Source: Candidatus Altarchaeum sp. (lineage in GTDB: Archaea > Altiarchaeota > Altiarchaeia > Altiarchaeales > Altiarchaeaceae). Taken from it: a stretch of 45,195 nt of DNA. This document shows, piece after piece, positions 45,180 to 45,195 of the stretch (within the stretch, counting starts at the first letter, position 1; each line of letters opens with the position of its first letter). The position numbers and the translations under genes were made by a program. Under the pieces are notes generated by a model, which was not told the DNA's origin, did not search any database, and saw nothing but the letters and a program-made list of their open reading frames with translations. The stretch spans positions 1 to 45,195 of the forward strand of contig JAGWDQ010000087.1 of assembly GCA_018260615.1 (NCBI GenBank). The letters are read 5' to 3'.

Positions 45180-45195
45180 CTACTTGTTTGTAATA

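Noticed and set aside
45180-45182. Pyrrolysine or other amber read-through at the in-frame TAG
   Set aside because: No pyl genes are in view, and the residues after the TAG do not look like beta-helix, so an insertion explains the sequence better.

Overview
A 45.2-kb AT-rich archaeal window. The archaeal markers are rpoE1-spt4, MptA, a JAMM/PAC2 pair, a PINA ATPase, an intron-less tRNA-Arg(UCU) without encoded CCA, and mostly SD-less aaaATG starts. These, with beta-helix/dockerin surface proteins, suggest Ca. Altiarchaeota, but that placement is inference. Housekeeping genes (dapF, mptA, dcd, rsmA, rpoE1, spt4, glycogen debranching enzyme, nrdD with three inteins plus nrdH-like, argB) alternate with accessory modules. 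These are: an AlbA_2/Schlafen-GHKL gene coupled to a class III cyclase-like/NACHT/HEAT protein; a methylase-endonuclease-methylase RM cluster followed by an Rnl2-type RNA ligase; a solitary TIR-like protein with an unrecognised C-terminal domain; a three-gene Lamassu/ABC-3C system; and a SWIM-SNF2 fusion. Intergenic DNA shows two linked, unexplained patterns. First, a dispersed family of modular strings of short AT-rich hairpins, with one filled/empty site pair visible in the window. Second, repeated 35-120 bp duplications of gene starts or ends (rsmA 5' and 3', spt4 5', debranching enzyme 3', argB 3') that bracket inserted DNA. All family calls come from motif recognition by eye; no searches were run.
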